Shown here one piece after another: positions 49,121-56,504 of a stretch of DNA of 56,504 nt. Origin of the DNA: Candidatus Thorarchaeota archaeon (lineage in GTDB: Archaea > Asgardarchaeota > Thorarchaeia > Thorarchaeales > Thorarchaeaceae); assembly GCA_048882385.1 (NCBI GenBank), contig JBHLRQ010000008.1:1-56504 (forward strand). The letters run 5' to 3'. The notes under the pieces were generated by a model. That model worked only from the letters and a program-made list of their open reading frames with translations, searched no databases and was not told where the DNA came from. The position numbers and the translations under genes were made by a program. Within the stretch, counting starts at the first letter, position 1. Every line of letters starts with the position of its first letter.

Positions 49121-49864
49121 CTATCTTCGTTTGTATTGATAGATGAGTATGGCTGCTACTATTATCACGCCGCCAGCTCCAATTGACAATACCAAAGGCA
49201 AGTTCAGACCTGTTTCAATGGTGTCATAAACCTCGATGTTGTCAAGTGCCCAATCATCCCAAGTGTAGAATCCAAACCAACCAGTCGAGTCTAAGGCGGT
49301 ATCAGTTGCCTGCATGATCAGGGTTGAGTTTAGATATACTGTGATTTGACCTCCAGCATCCCTAGTAATCATAAACTGATGGAATGTTCCAACTGTTGTT
49401 TCCATTGCTTCACCGAGATAGCTATCGAGTATCACCTTTGGATTATTGTCAACATATTTCTCAATAGTATAAGAAAGTCTTTGACCAGCCGCTCCACCCG
49501 CGTGAACAATACTCAGTGCATAGTATTCCCAGTCAGGGACCTCTGGTTGGAGTGGACTAAGAATCCAGAACCGACAGATATCCAGCTCTTCTCCCCACTC
49601 CCCTGTTTCATTAAGTTCGAATTTCCATGTACCAACAGCTACCGTGCTCTCACGATAGAGAATCACTGCTGAAGCATGATCTGCATGGGTCCCACGTAAC
49701 TGTCCATCTATAATCTGACAGGATTGATACGTCCAAATGTCTGCATCTAGTTCATCAAAATACTCAGTCCAGACTAACGCAGCTGAACTCTGCATAGGTG
49801 TTATTGTAAGTAAACAGATTAGAGCTAGTACACTCAGTCGAATAATCTTTGACCGATTGCTCAT
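49121..49864 (-). CDS. secreted concanavalin/LamG-like beta-sandwich protein with C-terminal TM anchor
   Basis: Signal peptide; HQFMITRDAGGQITVYLN..ATDT..DNIEV; TM followed by KRR. Confidence 0.7.
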   Translation of the reverse strand: MSNRSKIIRLSVLALICLLTITPMQSSAALVWTEYFDELDADIWTYQSCQIIDGQLRGTHADHASAVILYRESTVAVGTWKFELNETGEWGEELDICRFWILSPLQPEVPDWEYYALSIVHAGGAAGQRLSYTIEKYVDNNPKVILDSYLGEAMETTVGTFHQFMITRDAGGQITVYLNSTLIMQATDTALDSTGWFGFYTWDDWALDNIEVYDTIETGLNLPLVLSIGAGGVIIVAAILIYQYKRR

Positions 49865-50009
49865 CTCACAATCCTCGTTTAGCGATTGTCATAGATACAA
49901 CATTCTCACGTATAAGAAGGTGAGGATTTACGCCGCCGGTTTCAAAGTCTTTGATAGGATACAAAAAGATCTGCGGGAAAAATGGCTTCAAGTTTACTGG
50001 AAACATCAG

Positions 50010-50873
50010 TCAGAGATCAAAGATATCATAGGACAGGTCTGTTCGAGCATCGCAATGACCTAGGGTGATAGGAATCTCGACTATCTTATCTCGTGCCCAG
50101 GGTATATTGAGAGTAACCTTGACAAATATGGTATTGCGGATAATTGGACGGTCAAATGTGGACTGCATGGATTCATCTGTTTCAAGTGTAACATCCATCC
50201 ACCTGTCTCTTTGTACAAAGTCATCATCAAGTTTCTTTTTGACAAGTGTCCTCTTTGAGCTTCTTTTGTGTCCCTGGGCAATTACAAACTCGTTTGAAAT
50301 CAATGCCGCACGAACTTCACGAATCTTCACATCATGAGCCACACGAAACCTCAAAGGAATCGAGTCACCAATGCAGAAGATGGTGTCTTCCATCTCTACA
50401 TCCAGAACAGAATAACCGTCTTTTTCAGCGAAATCACGTTGCGATATCGGGCTAGGTTTTATCATTGCTTGTCTGAAATCAAGAAACACCTTCTCTTTGG
50501 GATCTATAGCTAAGGATCTCTCTACAACTGCTTCTAAGCTGTATTGAATCCATCCATTTCGTCCTTCATAACTTGTTAGAATGCTTTCAGGGTCGTCAGG
50601 AAACAAAAATCGGAACTCCAGCACTTTCTCACCTGGTTGCATGACTCCAGCTTCTTCCAAATACACGGTTTCGTCAAAGTAGACATGCTCATCGGTATAA
50701 GTTGTTGAGGTCTTTCCATGACTAACAACAACTTGAGTGTGTTCTCTCCCTTTGAAGGTGATACGGATTCCATTATGTTTGAAGTCGTCATCACACCTCA
50801 CGATAACATGACCTTCAACAGCATCTCCTGCCTTATACTGTGTCTTGGTCGTTATTATTTCTACATCTCTCAA
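50010..50873 (-). CDS. arrestin-fold protein with N and C domains (alpha-arrestin/Vps26-like)
   Basis: YKAGDAVEGHV, GIRITFKGRE, FRFLFP..TSYEGRNGWIQYSLEAVVER; C domain FCIGDSI ... STF..IIRNTIFVKVTLNIPWARD..EIPITLG. Confidence 0.8.
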   Translation of the reverse strand: MRDVEIITTKTQYKAGDAVEGHVIVRCDDDFKHNGIRITFKGREHTQVVVSHGKTSTTYTDEHVYFDETVYLEEAGVMQPGEKVLEFRFLFPDDPESILTSYEGRNGWIQYSLEAVVERSLAIDPKEKVFLDFRQAMIKPSPISQRDFAEKDGYSVLDVEMEDTIFCIGDSIPLRFRVAHDVKIREVRAALISNEFVIAQGHKRSSKRTLVKKKLDDDFVQRDRWMDVTLETDESMQSTFDRPIIRNTIFVKVTLNIPWARDKIVEIPITLGHCDARTDLSYDIFDL

Positions 50874-51003
50874 TTATGGATTCTCTCCATCATTAATTGC
50901 AGATTCATTTGAGTGCTTTTGATGTTTCCGAATTATTAGCTTGTGAACCTGAAACACTATCTCATCGATGTGTTTAGATAGGACCAAATCCTTGAAACTA
51001 CAA

Positions 51004-51450
51004 ATGGTATTTCCCAACGTACGGCCAATCGCTGTATGCATTATTAGGAATGGACCCAGATTCCTTGTGGAGTATTATGAATGGCCTACACCAGATGACA
51101 AGTTCTATCGTCCCTTAGGTGGAGAGATAGAATACGGAGAATACGGCGAAGATGCTGTCAAGCGTGAGTTTCGAGAAGAGATATTTGCTGAAATCAAAAA
51201 CGTTCGATACCTCGGGACATTAGAGAACATCTTCGAGGTTCAAGATGAAACAGGTCATGAGATTGTCTTGTTATATGAAGCTGATTTTGTTAATCAGTTA
51301 CTGTATTCCAAGGATGTGATTGAAGGTCTTGACGGTATCGAAACACCAAGGAAGGTATTAGCCTATTGGAAAACCCTTGAGGACATTGATGAAGAAGGAT
51401 TACCTCTCTATCCTGATAGGCTGAGGGAATTTTTGGAGGAGGTTGGATAG
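51004..51450 (+). CDS. Nudix hydrolase
   Basis: Nudix box GGEIEYGEYGEDAVKREFREEI. Confidence 0.9.
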   Translation: MVFPNVRPIAVCIIRNGPRFLVEYYEWPTPDDKFYRPLGGEIEYGEYGEDAVKREFREEIFAEIKNVRYLGTLENIFEVQDETGHEIVLLYEADFVNQLLYSKDVIEGLDGIETPRKVLAYWKTLEDIDEEGLPLYPDRLREFLEEVG

Positions 51451-53087
51451 TGGAAGAGGTAGACATCCTAATTCAAAATGGCATCATCTATGATGGCTCT
51501 GGATCAGAACCTATTAGACGTGACATCTCTGTAAAAGAGGGGAAAATAAATCAGATTGCATCGAATCTCAAAACGGAAGCTAGTTTTGTTATTGATTCCA
51601 ATGGACTGGTTGTTTGTCCAGGATTTATTGACATGCACAGTCACTCCGACATGTCACTTCCATTTGACAACAGACTCGAATCAACAATCAGACAAGGTAT
51701 TACGACATCAGTCATTGGAAACTGTGGATTTTCGTTAGCTCCTGTCAATGAAAATCGGATTGACATGTTACGAAAGGGTTTTGAGATATTCGCCCCGCCT
51801 GGAGCCAAGCTTGAAATTAAATGGAGAACTTTCGATTCATATCTTGGATTTCTTGAAAGAAATAGAATTTCATCAAATATCGTCAACCTAGTAGGCTTCG
51901 GGGCGATTCGAATTGCAGGGGGCCCGGGATACGAAAATCGATCACCGAGAAGAGAAGAACTTGAAGAAATGAAAAACTACACTCGGGAAGCTATGGAGGC
52001 AGGAGCTGTTGGTTTGAGTACTGGTCTAATCTATCCGCCTCAAGTCTATGCCACTACTGACGAGATAATTGAGTTATCGAAAATTGTTGCTGAGTTCAGA
52101 GGATTGTACTTTTCCCATATCAGAGGTGAAGGAGACACTGTTGTTAAAGCCGTACAGGAGGTTATTGATATAGTCAAAGCATCTGGATGTGACGGAGGAC
52201 AAATTGCACATCATAAAGTTGCTGGGAAACATTTCTGGGGAACAAGCAGAGAAACACTCAGACTCATCTCAGAAGCAAATGAACGAGGCATTAGTATAAA
52301 GTGTGATCAGTACCCGTATAATCGGGGTAGCACTTCACTGATTTCCATTCTTCCTCCATGGGTTCATGAGGGCGGTGCAGAAAAACTCCTTGAGAGGCTA
52401 AGGGATTCCGAGACTGTATCGAAAATCAAGAAAGACATCGAGCAAACCCAAGATTGGGAAAACATCAAACACGAGGCTGGATGGGACCGTATCTTTATAG
52501 CTTCTGTAAAGACTGACAAATGGAAGGATATCGAAGGACTGAGTCTGAAAGAAATTACTGAACTACGTGGATATGCAGATGAATATGATACTCTTTTCGA
52601 GTTGTTATTAGACGAAAATGCTGAAGTCACAATGACAATGGAGAGTATGGGTGATGAGGACATTGAGCGGATTATGAAAGGGAAGTATACAATGATTGGG
52701 ACTGATGGTTCAGGCGTTGCACCTACTGGAATACTGAGTCATGGAAAACCTCATCCAAGGTATTATGGAACATACCCGCGTATTCTGGGTCATTATGTCA
52801 GAGAGAAGGGCATACTCACACTCAGCGAAGCTATCTACAAGATGACAGGTTTTCCAGCCAAAACTCTAAACCTGCAAGATAGAGGTTTCTTGAAAGCAGG
52901 AAACTGGGCAGACATTGTTATCTTTGATCCCAATACAATAATCGACAGAGCTACCTTCATGAATCCTCACCAGTTTCCTGAAGGGATTCATCATGTCATT
53001 GTAAATGGAATATCAGTTGTAAATGAGAAGGGGCAGAATGATGAACTGCCAGGGAAAGTCTTACGACATAATCGGCTAAACAATTAG
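51450..53087 (+). CDS. N-acyl-D-amino-acid deacylase (D-aminoacylase)
   Basis: PGFIDMHSHSD, GNCGFS, GLSTGLIYPP, SHIRGE, HPRYYGTYPR. Confidence 0.9.
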   Translation: MEEVDILIQNGIIYDGSGSEPIRRDISVKEGKINQIASNLKTEASFVIDSNGLVVCPGFIDMHSHSDMSLPFDNRLESTIRQGITTSVIGNCGFSLAPVNENRIDMLRKGFEIFAPPGAKLEIKWRTFDSYLGFLERNRISSNIVNLVGFGAIRIAGGPGYENRSPRREELEEMKNYTREAMEAGAVGLSTGLIYPPQVYATTDEIIELSKIVAEFRGLYFSHIRGEGDTVVKAVQEVIDIVKASGCDGGQIAHHKVAGKHFWGTSRETLRLISEANERGISIKCDQYPYNRGSTSLISILPPWVHEGGAEKLLERLRDSETVSKIKKDIEQTQDWENIKHEAGWDRIFIASVKTDKWKDIEGLSLKEITELRGYADEYDTLFELLLDENAEVTMTMESMGDEDIERIMKGKYTMIGTDGSGVAPTGILSHGKPHPRYYGTYPRILGHYVREKGILTLSEAIYKMTGFPAKTLNLQDRGFLKAGNWADIVIFDPNTIIDRATFMNPHQFPEGIHHVIVNGISVVNEKGQNDELPGKVLRHNRLNN

Positions 53088-53105
53088 TTGAAAAAAGGAA
53101 TGTTT

Positions 53106-53129
53106 GGAAGGAGTTATTGAACTCCTTCC
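53106..53129. terminator. hairpin between convergent genes
   Basis: GGAAGGAGTT-attg-AACTCCTTCC, with an A-run to the left (T-run on the minus strand). Confidence 0.6.
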
Positions 53130-53137
53130 TATCTCAA

Positions 53138-54922
53138 TTATAGAGTTTCTTCAAACAGGTCAACAAATTCCATGAACTGATCAATTCCTTTCTGCCAGAA
53201 CTCTTCGGTAGTTATGTCAAAGCCAATGTCTGCAGCAAGCTCTCTTGGTGATTTGCTTGAACCTGCGGCGAGGAATGCTTTGAATTTTGGCACGAATTCC
53301 TTACCTTGCTCCTTGTAGAGCTTGTACATAGCATAGACAAACAACTGGGCGTAGACATATGGATAGTTGTAGTAACGATAGTTTGCCATGTAGAAGTGCA
53401 ACTTGAATGTCCACCACCAACGCATGACTGGAAGCCATTCCACAGAATCACCATACATTTTCGTTCTTGCTTTCACCCAGAGGTCAGATATTGTATCTCC
53501 ATCAAGGAATTTTCCTTTCTGAATGGCTTCATACAAGCTGGTTTCGAACCAAACTCGTGTAGAAACTTGCTGTGCACTTCCTATGAAACTGTCGAGTACA
53601 GAGGCAAGGATAGATTTCTTCTCATCTTTCGAGTCTATTGAAGCAAGAAGCTTCTCGGTGAGTAAGAGCTCTCCGAAGTTTGAACCTGTTTCAGCAATGC
53701 AACTCCCTATCTCATAATTGGATGGTTTTTGAGCACGAGTTCCTAGATATGCATGGAGAGCGTGTCCTAACTCATGAGCACTAGTGTAAACATCTCCCAT
53801 TGTTCCTGTGAAACTCTGAAGAACATACGCACTTTCTCCTGAATGCCAAGTAGCACAGAAGGCTCCGGACCTCTTTCCATTCCTGACCAAAGCATCGATA
53901 TGATGTTTTTCATACATCTCATCAATCCACTGTCCACTCTCCTTGTCGAACTGGGTGTACGAGTCAACATTGAGCTTTCTCGCTTCTTCCCAAGTATACT
54001 TCTTAGTGGGGACGTTTGGCAATGGTGCTTCAATATCCCAGTTCCCTAGAATTTTAAGTCCCATGGCTTTTGCTTTTAATTTTAGATACCTCTGGAATGA
54101 TCCAACATTCTTCTCGATTGTATTCATCAATGCTGTAATGGTTGCCTCATCCACATCGTTTGCTATGAAACTCTGTGTCATTGGAGACGGCCATTTCCTC
54201 AATTTGCGCATTGTTAAGTGATCAGCAAACACAGAGCGGAGAGCTGATGACCAAACAATATCGTCTTTTGAAAGACCCTCATAGACAATCTCGTGAGCTC
54301 GTTTCCTAAGGTCTCTATCAGGGTGCTCATATAATCCAACGATTTCACCGTAAGGCAGTGTCTTCATCTCACCATCAATCTCTATGTCATATGTTTGCGA
54401 TGCTAGCCAATCTCCTTGAAGTATTTGCCAAGCTTGAACACCGTTCTGGTCTTTCGCAATAATGACTTGTTCTTCAGCTTCTGAGAGCATGTGAGGGATT
54501 TTACGCTGAATCCTCTCGAGCTTATGTTTGTACTCTCCAATGGCAGGATCATCCACAATCTCTGGTTTCTTAGCGAGTAACTCACCTAACTCCAAATCTA
54601 CGAATGCGTAGTTTTGTAGGAATGCCGAGGCGGAATTTCTGAAGACGCCAAATAGGTGCTTGTTGACTTCCTTGTTCATATCTGCAGAATACGCAAGTTG
54701 AGAATAGACAAATGGACCTTCATACTCAAGCTCCAGTTTGTCTAGTTCATCCAACATGTCATAAACCTGCTTTGCATTGAAAGAAACAATCTTGCCATGA
54801 TATCTCTCCCGGAATTCCTCCATTTCCTTTACCGCAGCTGTCATTCTTTCTTCAATGTACGCAGGATCATCAATCTTCACAAGCTGAGAGAGGTCCCAGC
54901 TCGGATTCTCTGTTTCAGTCAT
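53138..54922 (-). CDS. pepF: oligoendopeptidase F (M3B family)
   Basis: WDLS, GKRSGAFC, AHELGHALH, IAETGSNFGE, HFY..YYNYPY. Confidence 0.92.
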   Translation of the reverse strand: MTETENPSWDLSQLVKIDDPAYIEERMTAAVKEMEEFRERYHGKIVSFNAKQVYDMLDELDKLELEYEGPFVYSQLAYSADMNKEVNKHLFGVFRNSASAFLQNYAFVDLELGELLAKKPEIVDDPAIGEYKHKLERIQRKIPHMLSEAEEQVIIAKDQNGVQAWQILQGDWLASQTYDIEIDGEMKTLPYGEIVGLYEHPDRDLRKRAHEIVYEGLSKDDIVWSSALRSVFADHLTMRKLRKWPSPMTQSFIANDVDEATITALMNTIEKNVGSFQRYLKLKAKAMGLKILGNWDIEAPLPNVPTKKYTWEEARKLNVDSYTQFDKESGQWIDEMYEKHHIDALVRNGKRSGAFCATWHSGESAYVLQSFTGTMGDVYTSAHELGHALHAYLGTRAQKPSNYEIGSCIAETGSNFGELLLTEKLLASIDSKDEKKSILASVLDSFIGSAQQVSTRVWFETSLYEAIQKGKFLDGDTISDLWVKARTKMYGDSVEWLPVMRWWWTFKLHFYMANYRYYNYPYVYAQLFVYAMYKLYKEQGKEFVPKFKAFLAAGSSKSPRELAADIGFDITTEEFWQKGIDQFMEFVDLFEETL

Positions 54923-54985
54923 TATTATCGTACCATGCTAACCGCAATTCATACATCTTAAGAGTGCTATGTCAGGGGCATCAAA

Positions 54986-55106
54986 TATCAATCTCTAAGA
55001 TTGATAGATTTTGAAATTCAAGATGAAGCCATTTCGCAAAAAATAAGATTGATGATATATCAATCAAATCCAATATTTCAGATTGAAATAATATTATTTT
55101 GATTAA
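54986..55106. promoter_or_regulatory. AT-rich divergent promoter region with clustered inverted repeats
   Basis: TATCAATCT-cta-AGATTGATA, GATTGAT-gatat-ATCAATC and TATTTCA-gat-TGAAATA. Confidence 0.5.
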
Positions 55107-55171
55107 ATAAATGACGAATCAATTTAAATACAACCTGAACTATAGATATGGTTCAAGTGGAGGATGCGTAA

Positions 55172-55900
55172 ATGCAAAATGTATTGCTTGTAGATGCTTT
55201 TGGACTTCTAGGTTCACTAGCACTGATTTTGCTTCTTATCCTGATGATATGGGGTATCATAGTTGGTACTGGTAGAAGTAGAAACCTATCGATTGTAGGA
55301 TTTTTAGTATCTCTCTTTGTGATAGTAGGATGGATTGTTACAACAATAACCCGGATGGGAATAATCCCTATTATTGACTGGATACGTTGGGGCCGCCATG
55401 TCGAGTTCGGTATGAGAGGACTTTGGTTGTTCATGATTTTTGTATACATGTTCATATGGGCATTCCCTGATCTCCTCAGTGAGAGGAAATGGATACTTGT
55501 TGCTGCTCTCATTCTACCATTAATCTATGAACTAATGATGTTCATTGCCTTTAGTTCAGTGCCTTCAGTTTTCATTGAAACGTTTTTGGCTCTCGAAGTT
55601 ATCACTGTAGTTATCTATCTGGGCATAATACCCCTTTATGCCGCATTCCGTTACACAAGACAAGAGCGTGTTCAAGGAACCCCTCGTGTGCCGTGGATAT
55701 GGTTAACAGAAATCGGGGTGTTGATTTGGTTTGTTGGCGAGTTTATACTCGGTATTGGTATGCTGTTTCAGCTACCTGGCTATGATTCATTCATCAGTGA
55801 TTTAAGCGTGGTCACAATAAGCACTCACGCAATTGGTTGGCTTGTTATGTTCTTGGGTTTTATTTTCCAGAGACGAGCAATTCAGGTCAGTGCAACATAA
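55172..55900 (+). CDS. stand-alone ~7-TM membrane protein
   Basis: Seven hydrophobic segments by eye; GGAGG upstream; no TM7 lysine. Confidence 0.7.
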   Translation: MQNVLLVDAFGLLGSLALILLLILMIWGIIVGTGRSRNLSIVGFLVSLFVIVGWIVTTITRMGIIPIIDWIRWGRHVEFGMRGLWLFMIFVYMFIWAFPDLLSERKWILVAALILPLIYELMMFIAFSSVPSVFIETFLALEVITVVIYLGIIPLYAAFRYTRQERVQGTPRVPWIWLTEIGVLIWFVGEFILGIGMLFQLPGYDSFISDLSVVTISTHAIGWLVMFLGFIFQRRAIQVSAT

Positions 55901-56033
55901 TATGCTAGAGGTGTGATTTACACAAGTAATATCCAGAAATGAAATTGATATGTCTGGATGTAAAACAAGACATATCTCTATCAAGCGACATTAGACCATG
56001 TTCATACAGTGATTGTTTTCTTGTCTTTATTCA

Positions 56034-56141
56034 TCATGTTATGGGAAGCGGTTCCATTGTTAGGATTCGATAGAACAAATAGAGTACAAATAGTCCAATA
56101 ATTAGAAGGATTATTGCCAATGTAATCTTCCATGTTTTCAT
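56034..56141 (-). CDS. 35-aa single-TM small protein
   Basis: MKTWKITLAIILLIIGLFVLYLFYRILTMEPLPIT*, with GGGAGTGA SD-like sequence upstream. Below the ORF track cutoff. Confidence 0.55.
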   Translation of the reverse strand: MKTWKITLAIILLIIGLFVLYLFYRILTMEPLPIT

Positions 56142-56189
56142 TTGAATTCACTCCCTACGGAACTATCTGTGTTTTGAGTATTTCTTTAT

Positions 56190-56504
56190 CTACTTTCTAC
56201 CAAAGGGAGGAAATAGTTTCCCAGAACGCTTCATGTACTCCAAGTATTCTTCACCAAATTCATCGATCATCATCTGCTCTTCAACAGGAATTCTCCTGTA
56301 GTTAACCCAGATTGAGAACATAAAGAAGATGAAAACAAGGATATCTGAAGCAACCAAAGCTATTCCGAGAGTATAGATGAATATTCCCAGGTACATTGGA
56401 TGCCGGATGCTCTTGTAAGGACCTGATGTAATCAACTTGTGATCTTCTTTTAGTTCAAGTGCTATTGACCATTGCGTGTCAAGATGTCTATGGACCCAGA
56501 CAAG
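56190..56504 (-). CDS. isoprenylcysteine carboxyl methyltransferase (ICMT/Ste14)-family protein, C-terminal part, truncated by window edge
   Basis: Frame open to the window end: ...HLDTQWSIALELKEDHKLITSGPYKSIRHPMY...RIPVEEQMMIDEFGEEYLEY. Confidence 0.88.
   Translation of the reverse strand, partial: LVWVHRHLDTQWSIALELKEDHKLITSGPYKSIRHPMYLGIFIYTLGIALVASDILVFIFFMFSIWVNYRRIPVEEQMMIDEFGEEYLEYMKRSGKLFPPFGRK

Noticed and set aside
55172-55900. Rhodopsin or heliorhodopsin assignment
   Set aside because: No lysine in the last TM helix for retinal attachment.
56190-56504. ICMT acting on the Rab-like GTPases as a prenylation pathway
   Set aside because: The GTPases have no C-terminal cysteines, and ICMT-family genes are widespread in prokaryotes.
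1-56504. CRISPR arrays, tRNA/rRNA genes, IS elements
   Set aside because: Intergenic gaps are short, and I saw no regularly spaced repeats, cloverleaf-like sequences or transposase ORFs. tRNAscan-SE and Infernal would be needed to exclude small RNAs.

Overview
A dense, gene-rich chromosomal window with archaeal gene content. I infer an Asgard archaeon, most likely Thorarchaeia, because it carries several eukaryotic-signature-type genes: two tandem Rab-like small GTPases, an Asgard-type profilin, a two-domain alpha-arrestin/Vps26-like protein, a PCI/winged-helix membrane protein and a surface protein with a TRAP-beta/BatD-like domain. Housekeeping modules include pstSCAB-phoU-phoU, a BMP-type nucleoside ABC transporter, agmatinase, pepF and a D-aminoacylase. 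The best candidate for an undescribed system is a co-oriented lipoate-assembly cluster: TrmB, geranylgeranyl-reductase-family flavoprotein, M23-like zinc hydrolase, LipS2-type radical SAM, LplA, LplB. Other oddities are an ABC ATPase with a hydrophobic hairpin inside its first nucleotide-binding domain, a dppB 3' remnant in frame behind an amber stop, an unannotated 35-aa membrane peptide, GC-rich terminator-like hairpins and clustered operator-like inverted repeats. I saw no rRNA, tRNA, CRISPR array or transposase. All family calls come from motif recognition by eye, with no database searches.
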